Positions 38,078-47,826 are shown, counted from the first letter of the stretch. The stretch: 64,000 nt of DNA from an uncultured Muribaculaceae bacterium (GCA_910587925.1 CAJUOC010000002.1:16303-80302), one strand, 5' to 3'. Program-made: numbers and translations. The notes: a model not told the origin generated them from the sequence alone.

Positions 38078-39727
38078 TTATTTATTGAGGGCGCAGGCGC
38101 TGCACTTCTCACTGATTTCGGTAAAGAAGTCGTGGCCTTTGTCGTCGACGAGGATAAATGCGGGGAAGTCTTCCACCTCGATTTTCCAGATGGCCTCCAT
38201 GCCCAGCTCGGGATACTCCAGGAGCTCGACATTCTTGATGGAGTTCTGGGCGAGCACTGCGGCGGGGCCGCCGATGCTGCCGAGGTAAAATCCGCCGTGC
38301 TTGTGGCATGCGTCGGTGACCTGCTTGGAGCGGTTGCCCTTGGCAATCATCACCATCGAGCCTCCTGCGGCCTGGAACTGGTCGACATACGAGTCCATGC
38401 GGCCGGCAGTGGTGGGGCCGAATGAGCCTGAAGGCATACCGGCGGGTGTCTTGGCCGGGCCGGCGTAGTAGATGGGATGGTCTTTGAGATACTGGGGCAT
38501 GGGCTCGCCGCGGTCGAGGCGCTCTTTGATTTTGGCGTGGGCTATGTCGCGGCCCACGATGATGGTGCCGTTGAGCGACAGGCGGGTCGACACGGGATAC
38601 TTGGTCAGCTCGGCCAGTATCTCGGCCATGGGGCGGTTGAGGTCGATCTTTACCACCTCGCCCTCGCCGGCGCGGCGCATTTCCTCGGGGATGAGCTCGC
38701 CGGGGTTGGAGTCGAGCTTCTCGATCCACAGGCCGTCGCGGTTGATTTTAGCCTTGATATTGCGGTCGGCCGAGCAGCTTACGCCAAGCCCGACGGGGCA
38801 CGATGCGCCGTGGCGCGGCAGGCGTATCACGCGTATGTCGTGGGCAAAGTATTTGCCGCCAAACTGTGCGCCCAGCCCGAGGCGCTCGGCCTCCAGCTTG
38901 AGGGCGGCCTCCAGCTCGACGTCGCGGAAGGCATGGCCCAGCTCATTGCCCTCGGTGGGCAGCGAGTCGTAGTACTTGACCGACGCTTTCTTGACGGTCT
39001 CGAGATTTTTCTCGGCCGAGGTGCCGCCGATTACAAATGCGATATGGTAGGGGGGGCAGGCTGCGGTGCCGAGCGACTTCATCTTCTCCACCAGGAAGGG
39101 TATGAGCTTGTCGGGGTTGAGCAGTGCCTTGGTCTCCTGATAGAGGTAGGTCTTGTTGGCCGAGCCGCCGCCCTTGGCCACGAAGAGGAAGTGGTACTCG
39201 TCGCCCTCGCCGGCGTGGATGTCTATCTGGGCGGGGAGGTTGCAGCCGGTGTTTACCTCGTCGTACATGGTGAGAGGTGCATTTTGGCTGTAGCGGAGAT
39301 TGTCGGTGGTGTATGTGAGATACACGCCCTCGCTGAGGCGCTCGGCGTCGTCGCAGCCGGTATACACGCGCTGGCCCTTCTCGCCGTGCACGATGGCTGT
39401 GCCGGTATCCTGGCAGAAGGGGAGCTGGCCCTTGGCGGCCACCTCGGCGTTGCGCAGCATGGTGAGGGCGACAAACTTGTCGTTCTCGCTGGCCTCGGGG
39501 TCGGCGAGGATTTTGGCTACCATGGCGTTGTGCTCGCGGCGGAGCATGAAGGCATTGTCGTGGGTACACTGGCGGGCGAGCACGGTCAGAGCCTCGGGGT
39601 CTACGACCAGAAACTCATGTCCGCCCCAGTTTTCGACGTGCACATAGTCAGATGTGAGGTGGTAATACTCGGTAGTGTCGGGGCCGAGGGGAAACATCGG
39701 CTGATACTTAAACGGTTTGGTAGCCAT
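38078..39727 (-). CDS. fumA: Class I (Fe-S) fumarate hydratase
   Basis: [24 protein letters not shown] and GPTTAGRMD motifs. A TATCTTTG -7 element lies at 39774-39781. Confidence 0.95.
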   Translation of the reverse strand: MATKPFKYQPMFPLGPDTTEYYHLTSDYVHVENWGGHEFLVVDPEALTVLARQCTHDNAFMLRREHNAMVAKILADPEASENDKFVALTMLRNAEVAAKGQLPFCQDTGTAIVHGEKGQRVYTGCDDAERLSEGVYLTYTTDNLRYSQNAPLTMYDEVNTGCNLPAQIDIHAGEGDEYHFLFVAKGGGSANKTYLYQETKALLNPDKLIPFLVEKMKSLGTAACPPYHIAFVIGGTSAEKNLETVKKASVKYYDSLPTEGNELGHAFRDVELEAALKLEAERLGLGAQFGGKYFAHDIRVIRLPRHGASCPVGLGVSCSADRNIKAKINRDGLWIEKLDSNPGELIPEEMRRAGEGEVVKIDLNRPMAEILAELTKYPVSTRLSLNGTIIVGRDIAHAKIKERLDRGEPMPQYLKDHPIYYAGPAKTPAGMPSGSFGPTTAGRMDSYVDQFQAAGGSMVMIAKGNRSKQVTDACHKHGGFYLGSIGGPAAVLAQNSIKNVELLEYPELGMEAIWKIEVEDFPAFILVDDKGHDFFTEISEKCSACALNK

Positions 39728-39794
39728 ATCTATAGTTTCTATAGTTTGAGCGAAAAATACGGAAAGTTTTCCGCAAAGATAGCGTTTCTAAGCC

Positions 39795-39852
39795 AAAAAC
39801 CCCGCCATTCGCCCCAAAAAGTTTCATACTTTTTCGAGGGCGGATGGCGGGG
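39795..39852 (-). terminator. Terminator closing the T9SS cargo operon
   Basis: 15-bp stem ccccgccattcgccc/gggcggatggcgggg (one mismatch) with inner aaaaag/cttttt pairing, then a T-tract on the minus strand. Confidence 0.7.
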
Positions 39853-39875
39853 CCGTGTCATGCGGGGGCTGCGCC

Positions 39876-41432
39876 TCAGCGCACCACCACCTTGGTGGCC
39901 TTGCCGCCGCTGAGGCGGATGTACAGGCCGGCGGCGGGACGGTCGACGCGCACGCCGTTGAGGTTGAAGTATACAGCCGGGCTGTCGGCGTCGGCGCTTA
40001 CCGAGGTGATGCCGTCGACTTTTGCCTCGGAGGCAAAGAAATTGACAGCCGCGTACTTGAGCAGCAGAGCGACCTGGGTGCCGGCGGGAGCCGTGCCCTT
40101 GCCTATCGACCATGTGTCCTTGACGGGAGCCTCGTCCCAGGTTAGAGCGATTTCGTCGCCGATGGTAAATTTGGCAGCTGCGGCGTCGTATACGGCGCTG
40201 TATGCCTTGACGTATGCGCCGGTGGCGGCTACGTCGTTGAGGGTGGCGCCGAGCACCAGCTCACCGCCTGCCATGGGCGATATGAGATAGTAGTAGCGGT
40301 CGTATATCTCGCTGTAGGGCATGGGGTTGCCGTGGTTCCAGAGCAGGGCGTCGTAGCCCGATACGGCGGCGCTTTCAAAGCGCAGTACGCTGCCAAACTC
40401 GTCGTACTCGGTCGTCGAGCCGGAGAATGCGCCCGACTCGGCCAGATACTCCTCGGCATAGGCGTTCCACCCGGCCGGTACGGCAGTGTCGTATTCCTTG
40501 CCGCTGAATATGGTGCGCACTTCCGAGGGGCCGTCGACGGCAGTGCCCGAGATGCTTGCGGTGAGCGGGTCGATGCCGTCGAGAGTCACGGTGAGGGTGC
40601 CGGTGTATTTGCCTTGGGCGGCGGGGTTGAAGTCGACCGTGAGGTCGACACTCTCGCCGGCGGCGAGGTCGGTCACGGCGGCGGGGCTCACGCTGAATCC
40701 CTCGCTGTCGATGGCGACGGTACCCGACAGTGCCTGCGTGCCGGTATTGGACAGTCTCACGGTGGCCTGAGCGTTGTCGCCTACAAATTCAAGAGGGAAC
40801 GCTACGGCCGAGGCCGACAGGGCGGCGCTTGCCTGCGCTGCCTGGGAGTACTCGACGGTGAGCGTGGGGAGAAACTTCTCCTGGCGCACACTGTTGGTCA
40901 TCGACAGACCGGTGTACCCGGTCTGCGCCTGACCCTTGAATGTCCAGTAACGGGGACCGTTGTCTTTTGTATTGAGCATGTCAATCACGAGATTGTCGCC
41001 GGTGTATGCAAAGGGCGTGTCGAGAGTGATTTCCCATTGGCAGGGGGCGGTGAGGTCGGTATTCGACAGGGTGAAAGCCTCGAGACTGGCCACTACCACG
41101 AGGTTGTCGCTGATATACTGCTTGTCGGGGTAGGTGGCTTGGGTGGTGGTGCCCATCTTTACGGTGAGGCCCTTGCAGTTCCAGGCCTGATTGCCTATGC
41201 GGGTGATGGTAAAGGCGATTTTGTCGATTGTCTTGCCCTTAAGAGCCGCGATGTCGGCGGCCGGGTATATCATCTGGGTGTGGATGTCGCCATTTGATGC
41301 ATAGTAGATGCTGAAAGGCAGTGTGGTGCTGGTGGCCTCTGCGTCGGGGTAGATGGAGAGGCTCTCGGCCGAGGCGGCGGCCGGAGTCAGGGCGGCGGCG
41401 CAAGCGAGCAGGGCGGGGTAAAGTCTGTTCAT
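39876..41432 (-). CDS. Secreted multi-domain protein with an Ig-like (choice-of-anchor D/ASH-like) domain and a T9SS-type C-terminal domain
   Basis: Signal peptide, central VRLSNTG...LAAGESVDLTVDFNP..G.Y.G.L Ig motif, and the tail GITSVSADADSPAVYFNLNGVRVDRPAAGLYI...KVVVR. Confidence 0.78.
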   Translation of the reverse strand: MNRLYPALLACAAALTPAAASAESLSIYPDAEATSTTLPFSIYYASNGDIHTQMIYPAADIAALKGKTIDKIAFTITRIGNQAWNCKGLTVKMGTTTQATYPDKQYISDNLVVVASLEAFTLSNTDLTAPCQWEITLDTPFAYTGDNLVIDMLNTKDNGPRYWTFKGQAQTGYTGLSMTNSVRQEKFLPTLTVEYSQAAQASAALSASAVAFPLEFVGDNAQATVRLSNTGTQALSGTVAIDSEGFSVSPAAVTDLAAGESVDLTVDFNPAAQGKYTGTLTVTLDGIDPLTASISGTAVDGPSEVRTIFSGKEYDTAVPAGWNAYAEEYLAESGAFSGSTTEYDEFGSVLRFESAAVSGYDALLWNHGNPMPYSEIYDRYYYLISPMAGGELVLGATLNDVAATGAYVKAYSAVYDAAAAKFTIGDEIALTWDEAPVKDTWSIGKGTAPAGTQVALLLKYAAVNFFASEAKVDGITSVSADADSPAVYFNLNGVRVDRPAAGLYIRLSGGKATKVVVR

Positions 41433-41460
41433 AAGCAGAGTAAATTAAGAAAGTTAAATT

Positions 41461-41494
41461 ATTGCGGCGGCCGCACGAGGCGCGCCGCCGCAAT
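41461..41494. other. Intergenic GC-rich stem-loop within the T9SS operon
   Basis: attgcggcggc-cgc / gcg-c-gccgccgcaat: 14-bp stem, one bulge, 5-nt loop, 10 nt past the stop of the upstream gene. Confidence 0.7.
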
Positions 41495-41504
41495 GGATTA
41501 TGTG

Positions 41505-43217
41505 TCAGAATCGTTTGATGGGGCGTACCAGCTGGTACATGTACTTGCGGTAGTCGAAGGTGGAGCCGTTTTTGAAGCTGACGGTGGTCATGCGCACGGA
41601 GGGCTCGTTGGTGCCTTCGGTCGAGGTCCAGTAGTCGTTGGTGTCGAGGGCCTTGCCGCCGTGTGCCTTGCAGGCTGCGTCGACGGTGGCCTTGGCGGCG
41701 TAGAGGGCAAGCATCTCGTTGGTGGCGCCGATGTACCATCCGGCGCCCTTTGCGGCGCAGAGGCCCAGGGCGGTGAAGTTGGCCAGGTCGGGGTCATTGG
41801 CCAGCGCGGCCTCCATGTTGGCCATGCCGTCGTCGAGGCTCGATGCGCCGATGAGCACGTAGTTGTCTTTGTTGGCGCGTATGTCCCACATGGCGTTGAT
41901 GCGGCCCTTCTCAAACACATTGGTGAGGGCCACCACCTTGCCGTGCTTGCCGCCGTCGGAGATCTCGTATACGATGCCCACTACCTCGTCGGCCTCGTAG
42001 TAGGGGTCGCCCACGGCGTAGACTTTCTCTTCCTCGGGGCGCTCGCCCAGCCAGGTGATGGCGCGCACAGGGCGCTCGGCGCTCTTCGACGATGCCAGCG
42101 TGGAGCCGTCGGCCATCGAGAGGGCGGAGGCGCTGTTGGGGGCGTCGGAGGCGTATTGGGTCGAGGTCCAGTAGTAGGTCGAGGTAAGCTCGGTGGCTCC
42201 GGCGGCCTTGAGAGCCTTGTTGAGGGCGGTGTACTGCGAGGCTACGGTGGCCAGCTCCTTGGCCGAGGGCAGATACCAGCCGGCGCCGAGGTCGGCCGCG
42301 GCTTTGAACGCGGGATAGGCGCCCAGTGTGGCGTCGGCGGCCTTGACGGCCTTGAGATTGGCCTCGCCGTCGAAGTCGCTCGAAGCGCCGGCATCGGTGC
42401 CGACGGGGCCCCAGGCTGCCTTTGACTCTGTGAGCGAGATCATGCGGGCGTTCTCGCCGTCTTCAGATACCCAGTATACCAGGCCGGTCTTGCCGTCTTC
42501 GGTGCAGAGGGTGCCGGCGATGTACTTGGGCACGGGCTTGTCGCCAAACTCGCGGAAGGCGCGCACCTTGTAGGGCTCTTTCTTGTCCACGGCAAACATG
42601 CCCGGCATATCCATCCATGCCGTGAAGGCCATCGCATCCATATACTGGTCGGCCTCGGTCGACGACCAGTATACGGTCTTGGGGTCGATGGGAGTGAGGT
42701 CGCGGGCGGTGAGGGTGGCGTTGATGGCGGTGAGCGAGGCGCGCATGGTCTGCAGCTCCTTCTGCGCGGGCAGATACCAGCCGGCGCCGAGCGCGGCGGC
42801 GGCCTTGAAGGCCGGGTATGCCGAGTATGTGGGGTCGAGGGTGGCGACGGTGGCCATGTTGGCCGGGCCATACTCCTCGTCGGAGGCGCCGGTGATGACC
42901 CATCCGGTGCTCCACGCGTGCTTGTCAGAAAGATCGGCCAGCGCGGCCACGGTGCCATACTGACCCTTGGCGTCGACTGTGACCACGACGCCCTGCTCGG
43001 TGCCGTCGCACCAGTAGTCGCCCACGGCATATGGGCCGGTGGTGGGCTCGCCCATGGGGATTACGGGCTCGCCGAATGTGAGATGCTCTATCTCGGCGAG
43101 GTTGTAGCGGGCGGTGGTGCCGTCTTTGAGGGTCACCACCAGCGATTTGTCGGGAATCTGTGCGGCCGCGGCCATTGCCACGGTCATCGCCACCAGAGTG
43201 TATGCGGTCTTTTTCAT
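41505..43217 (-). CDS. Secreted protein with three tandem DUF1566/Lcl-like (CLec-fold) domains
   Basis: Signal peptide and three repeats of Y.VGD..G.V...W...GWY(L/I)(P/G)...EL...YW(S/T)ST(E/Q)...VR(A/P). No T9SS CTD is visible. Confidence 0.75.
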   Translation of the reverse strand: MKKTAYTLVAMTVAMAAAAQIPDKSLVVTLKDGTTARYNLAEIEHLTFGEPVIPMGEPTTGPYAVGDYWCDGTEQGVVVTVDAKGQYGTVAALADLSDKHAWSTGWVITGASDEEYGPANMATVATLDPTYSAYPAFKAAAALGAGWYLPAQKELQTMRASLTAINATLTARDLTPIDPKTVYWSSTEADQYMDAMAFTAWMDMPGMFAVDKKEPYKVRAFREFGDKPVPKYIAGTLCTEDGKTGLVYWVSEDGENARMISLTESKAAWGPVGTDAGASSDFDGEANLKAVKAADATLGAYPAFKAAADLGAGWYLPSAKELATVASQYTALNKALKAAGATELTSTYYWTSTQYASDAPNSASALSMADGSTLASSKSAERPVRAITWLGERPEEEKVYAVGDPYYEADEVVGIVYEISDGGKHGKVVALTNVFEKGRINAMWDIRANKDNYVLIGASSLDDGMANMEAALANDPDLANFTALGLCAAKGAGWYIGATNEMLALYAAKATVDAACKAHGGKALDTNDYWTSTEGTNEPSVRMTTVSFKNGSTFDYRKYMYQLVRPIKRF

Positions 43218-43699
43218 CAGTTTTTCAGTTTGAGAGTCTTGTCGTTTACCTTTACTATATATATCCCGGCGGGCATGGCGTTGAAGTCGACCGATGCCGC
43301 GCCGACCGATGCGGCGGTGGCGCGCATCATGCCGGTGGTGTCGTATACTGTGATGGTGACGGGCACGTCGGGCGCGGCGGTGGCAGTGAGCACTCGCGCG
43401 GCGATGGCGATGTCGAGGCCGTCGGCGAGAGCGTCGGCGATGTCGGCCGTGGCGTCGTACTCGCGGTCAAACCGCATCTCGCCGATGGCCGCCACCGGCA
43501 GTGTGTCGGTGCCGTCGGCATGGGTCACGACCATGTCGGCGCCCTCAAAGGTGATTTTGTCGACTGCATGGATGTGCCACTGGTGTGTGGCGCCGTCGCC
43601 TGCCGGCAATACCGACAGTGGATTGGGCTCCGCCGCGCCGCACATCCCGCACCCGGCAGCCGCCGCAATCAGCGTGGCTAAGGTTTTGGTGTAAGTCAT
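43217..43699 (-). CDS. Small secreted protein with a T9SS type A-like C-terminal sorting domain
   Basis: Signal peptide and C-terminal ITVYDTTG...MPAGIYIVKVN...KL. TGATG overlap with the next gene. Start at ATG 43699. A TATTTTTG -7 element lies at 43751-43758. Confidence 0.78.
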   Translation of the reverse strand: MTYTKTLATLIAAAAGCGMCGAAEPNPLSVLPAGDGATHQWHIHAVDKITFEGADMVVTHADGTDTLPVAAIGEMRFDREYDATADIADALADGLDIAIAARVLTATAAPDVPVTITVYDTTGMMRATAASVGAASVDFNAMPAGIYIVKVNDKTLKLKN

Positions 43700-43760
43700 G
43701 TGTGTATGTGTGGAAATGACAAATGAAATGTTAAGTGGAATAAACGTTTGCAAAAATAAT

Positions 43761-43797
43761 AAAAAGCCGGATATTACAAGAAAATATCCGGCTTTTT
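43761..43797. terminator. Rho-independent terminator (T-tracts on both strands)
   Basis: 15-bp perfect stem aaaaagccggatatt/aatatccggcttttt with a 7-nt loop. Confidence 0.88.
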
Positions 43798-43829
43798 TAT
43801 CGGTATGGTGGCAGATTAGTGCCGACAGA

Positions 43830-46433
43830 TCAGTACCAGTCGTTGTAGTAATAGCATCGGCTGTCGAAGAGGGCGTTGAGGTCGTGGATGGGCATCTTGT
43901 GGTAGTTGGAATCCTTTGATATGTAATATCGGTGGTTGGAGTCGTCGGTATAGCATATCTTGACTACCAGGCCGGTCTGCCGGCGGAATGCCTTCTCGAT
44001 GTCGTCGGGTGTCGAGCTGCCTTCGATGCGTATGGTCGACGACGATTTAAACGAGCGCACCTTGCCCATCGTGCAGTCGCGGTCGATGGAGGAGAGGTCG
44101 GAGCCCGAGCGGTCGGCTGCCTTCCCATGGCCTACCATGAAGAATCCCAGACGCAGGTATGGCCACATGTCGTTGAAAAACTTCTGAATCTCGCCCACGG
44201 TGCAGGAGGAGTCGACATCGTATGTCATCCATCGGCCGAGCCCCTGCTGCCGCTCGCGCTCCTTGGCTCGCTTGCGCTCTTCCTCCTCGCGGCGCTCGCG
44301 CTCCTCCCTCTCGCGACGGCGGCGCTCTTCCTCCTCGCGGCGACGGCGCTCTTCCTCCTCGCGGCGGCGGCGCTCCTCTTCCCGGCGCTGCCCGATTATA
44401 CGTATCGGCTCGGCGCAGGCTATCTTGATTTTGTCGATGGCGTCGCGTACAAAGTCGATGACGGCCTCAGGCCGGGCGGCGTCTCGTCCGGTCGGGTTCA
44501 GTTTCAAGGTACCCGCGAGGCGTACTGAATCTTTTACGACTGTGGCAGTGAAAGGCGTGTCTTTGAGCGCGGCAGCAGCGTCGGCGGCTATTTTTGCCGT
44601 ATCGGTGTCGGAGGGATAGTCACTGATGCCGCCGCTCACCTGGATGGTGTCGGGCTTAAACATCACCCAGATAAACCGACTTGCGATGCAGGTCGTGTCG
44701 GCCGCGACTCTAATCTGGATGTCGCCGTCTTTGTCGGTATCCGAGGAATACCGCATCGAGCGGGCATACTTCTCTACCTCCTCGCGGATACGTTTCTCGG
44801 CCTCGAGGCGGGCGCGCTCCTCGGCCTCGCGCTGCTGATATATGCGTATCGGCTCGGCGCAGGCTATCTTGATATTGTCGATGCTCTCGCGCAGAAATTT
44901 GATGATTGCTTCTTTACGCTCTGAATTGTGCTGAAGCTCTTTCGCCTCAAGCGCGCCTCTGAGGCGCACGGTGTCTTTGTATGCGCCGACGGTGTAGCGC
45001 GTGCCTTTGAACTTGGCGTCGGCCTCGGCTGCAAGTTTCTCTGCATCGATGCCCGACGGCGTGCCCAATATACCGCCGTTGATTTTGATTTTCTCGGGCG
45101 AAATCATCACCCAGATGAAGCGGCGCAGGACACAAGTGCTGTCGGCCGGGATGGTGAGCCGGGTATCGCCGGCGTCGTCTTTGGTGGTCTCGTAGCCCAT
45201 AGTGTGCAGCAGCCTCTCAATATTCTTTTTATCGAAGAAGTCGCCGGGGCGACACGGTATATCCATCTGAAGATGTGCTTGCTGCCAGGCGCTTCTCACA
45301 TCGGAGACCGCGGCGAGCACAGCCTCGTAGAGTCGCATGTTCTGCGGGCGGTCGTCGCGGCGCAGGTCGTCGAGTGTGACACGCAGCTCCAGCCCGCGGG
45401 TCTTGCCGTCGGATACATCGGCGATGATGCCGGGGAAGTACTTGCGCAGTATGGAGTGTGTATCGGCGTCTATCTCCTTGTCGATGGTGCCGCGCACCTG
45501 CACACTCACTTTCTCGGCCCGGGGCAACACCCATACGGTGCACTGGCGGGCAAAGGAGTCGTCGCCGGGTACGACAAACTTGATGTCGCCGTCGTCGTCG
45601 ATTTTTGAGAATGTATCGAGCACGCTCAGGCGGCTGCGCAGATAGTCGGCGTCGATGCCGCCGGCAAAGGTGTCGGCCGTGATGGGAGTGCGGCGGTGAA
45701 TGTCGGCGAGGGCCTTACCGGCGCTGTCGACGTATTTCCTGATGGCTGCGGCAAGGACTTTGGTGGATGAAATCCTTTTCAATGGGAAGCGCTTGTAGGC
45801 GGTGAGGCAGTCGACTTTGATGTCGGTATTCAGGCCTTGGCTCTCAAACGGTTTTGCGACGGCAACCGTGTCGATGCCATACATTTCCACGTAGGCGGTA
45901 AACTCTTCCGCGCCGATCTCGATGCGGAATGGCCACGCGACTTTCAGCTCTTTCGACGCCGGTACCGACACGGCAATCGTGTCTTCCAGCTCGCGGTAGG
46001 GCTTCAGACTGAGGCTCTTGACGGCGTCGATATATGTCTCGTATGTCACGTCGAAGAGCGAGATGCCCTTGGCCGACAGCTCTTTCATGGCCTCGGCGGG
46101 TATGGAGTCTATCGCCTCATCGAGGGCGGTCGCCAGCGCAGATGTGTTTTTGATGACGGCGCTGTCAAATGTGCGCACAATCTCCACCCTGGCAGCCTCG
46201 CCGCCCTTGACGGGCGTGACTGTGGCGCGCAGCTCGGCGCCGCTCTTGCCGGGTGTGACGGTTATATCGGTGGTAGCCGCAAAATCGGTCGACGGATGGC
46301 TCGACTTTACAAACACTCCGTCGCGCTCGACGAGGAAATTTCGGGTGGTCTCAAGGGCTTCGCGCAGAGCCTGGGCCGTCTGCTCGGCCGAGCCGGTGAG
46401 GTTGTCCACTGCCTTTTTGATGAAATTCAGCAT
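43830..46433 (-). CDS. Large hypothetical protein with repeated YbjN-like modules, a charged helix and a C-terminal domain
   Basis: 867 aa with its own -7 element (TATCTTTG, 46461-46468) and terminator. Internal repeats DDDGDIKF / DDAGDTRL / DKDGDIQI, and an RRREEEE tract. Confidence 0.8.
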   Translation of the reverse strand: MLNFIKKAVDNLTGSAEQTAQALREALETTRNFLVERDGVFVKSSHPSTDFAATTDITVTPGKSGAELRATVTPVKGGEAARVEIVRTFDSAVIKNTSALATALDEAIDSIPAEAMKELSAKGISLFDVTYETYIDAVKSLSLKPYRELEDTIAVSVPASKELKVAWPFRIEIGAEEFTAYVEMYGIDTVAVAKPFESQGLNTDIKVDCLTAYKRFPLKRISSTKVLAAAIRKYVDSAGKALADIHRRTPITADTFAGGIDADYLRSRLSVLDTFSKIDDDGDIKFVVPGDDSFARQCTVWVLPRAEKVSVQVRGTIDKEIDADTHSILRKYFPGIIADVSDGKTRGLELRVTLDDLRRDDRPQNMRLYEAVLAAVSDVRSAWQQAHLQMDIPCRPGDFFDKKNIERLLHTMGYETTKDDAGDTRLTIPADSTCVLRRFIWVMISPEKIKINGGILGTPSGIDAEKLAAEADAKFKGTRYTVGAYKDTVRLRGALEAKELQHNSERKEAIIKFLRESIDNIKIACAEPIRIYQQREAEERARLEAEKRIREEVEKYARSMRYSSDTDKDGDIQIRVAADTTCIASRFIWVMFKPDTIQVSGGISDYPSDTDTAKIAADAAAALKDTPFTATVVKDSVRLAGTLKLNPTGRDAARPEAVIDFVRDAIDKIKIACAEPIRIIGQRREEERRRREEEERRRREEEERRRREREERERREEEERKRAKERERQQGLGRWMTYDVDSSCTVGEIQKFFNDMWPYLRLGFFMVGHGKAADRSGSDLSSIDRDCTMGKVRSFKSSSTIRIEGSSTPDDIEKAFRRQTGLVVKICYTDDSNHRYYISKDSNYHKMPIHDLNALFDSRCYYYNDWY

Positions 46434-46517
46434 ACTTGGTTTACATTAGGAATCACATCACAAAGATACTAAACTTTAAGCGGCAAATGGTTGTTAAGAG
46501 AATAAAAAATTCGTCAC

Positions 46518-47822
46518 ATGAAAGCTATACTTCCCATCGCCATGCTGTGCTGCGCCCTCGCCGCCGGCGCCCAGTCGCCCGCCGACGTGCAGGCCGACTC
46601 GCTCATGGCCGACCACCGTATCATCTCGCTCGGCACGGGCGGCGTACAAGTTTCCATGCCCGTATCGCCCGAGCTGCGCGAGCGTTTTGTCAATTTCTAC
46701 TACGACCAGTTTCGCCACGCCCAGGACCCCGAGGCGCCATACTTCATGTTTATGAGCAAAGACTCCGGGCTGATGATGGGTATCGGCGGAGTGGTGAGGA
46801 TGCGCGCCTGGTACGACTGGGCCGGATCGGTGCCGGCCAACGGCTTCTCGCCCATACTCATACCGATGCAGCCCGACCCGGCTCAGCGCCGCCACCTCGG
46901 CACGACCCCGGCCGGTACCTGCCTGTACTTCCGGCTCGCCGGCCGCTCGGGGCTGCTCGGCGACTACTCGGCATATATCGAGGCCAACTTCAATGGCTGG
47001 CAGGGCCGCGATTTCCATCTCAAGAAAGCGTATGTGACCGTGCGCGACGTCACGGTGGGCTATGCGGCGTCGACATTCTCCGACCCCGCGGCTGTGCCCT
47101 CGACGGTCGATGCGGCGGGGCCGTCAAACAAGCTGGCACGCACGTCGGTGCTGGTGCGCTACATGCCCCGCGTGGCCCGTCATGTGACGGTCGGAGCCTC
47201 GGTCGAGGCGCCCGAGCAGCAGATTGATGCCGACGGCGTCGATACCAAGGAGTGCAGCGTGTATGTGCCCGACTTTGCCGCTCTGGTGCAGTACGACTGG
47301 GGCCGCGGACAGCATGTGCGCCTGTCGGGCATCGTGCGCACCATGGCATACCGCGACCTGCGCTCGGGGCGCAACCGCAGTGTGCCCGGCTGGGGCGTGC
47401 AGCTCTCGTCGGTATCAAATCCCTGGGCGCCGCTCACCCTGTACGCCACCGTCAACTATGGCGCCGGATATGCCGGCATGGGCGGCGACCTGCTCGCCGG
47501 GGCATACGACCTCATCGCCGACCCCGGGCGCCCGGGACGGCTCTACGCGCCCCGCTCGCTGGGATGGTGTGTGGGCGTGCAATACAATTTCCGGCCCAAT
47601 CTCTTTGCCACCCTCATAGGCAGCCAGACGCGTTTTCTCCCCGGCAAGGCCATCTCGCCGGCCGAGTACAAGTATGGTCTGCTGGGCTCGCTCAATATAT
47701 TCTGGAATCCTGTGCCGCGCGTGCAGCTCGGCGCCGAGATAGACCTGGCCAAGCGGCAAGACTTCTCGCGCGACCATCGCTACGCCCGCCGCGTGGGCAT
47801 CATGGGCCAGCTCAGCTTCTAA
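46518..47822 (+). CDS. DcaP-family outer membrane porin
   Basis: Signal peptide, YIEANF...LKKAY, STFSD..A.P.TVD..GP and VPDF motifs, and a C-terminal Phe. Confidence 0.75.
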   Translation: MKAILPIAMLCCALAAGAQSPADVQADSLMADHRIISLGTGGVQVSMPVSPELRERFVNFYYDQFRHAQDPEAPYFMFMSKDSGLMMGIGGVVRMRAWYDWAGSVPANGFSPILIPMQPDPAQRRHLGTTPAGTCLYFRLAGRSGLLGDYSAYIEANFNGWQGRDFHLKKAYVTVRDVTVGYAASTFSDPAAVPSTVDAAGPSNKLARTSVLVRYMPRVARHVTVGASVEAPEQQIDADGVDTKECSVYVPDFAALVQYDWGRGQHVRLSGIVRTMAYRDLRSGRNRSVPGWGVQLSSVSNPWAPLTLYATVNYGAGYAGMGGDLLAGAYDLIADPGRPGRLYAPRSLGWCVGVQYNFRPNLFATLIGSQTRFLPGKAISPAEYKYGLLGSLNIFWNPVPRVQLGAEIDLAKRQDFSRDHRYARRVGIMGQLSF

Positions 47823-47826
47823 CGAT

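Noticed and set aside
39876..43699. Complete diversity-generating retroelement
   Set aside because: No reverse transcriptase, Avd-like gene or adenine-variant template repeat is seen in the window.
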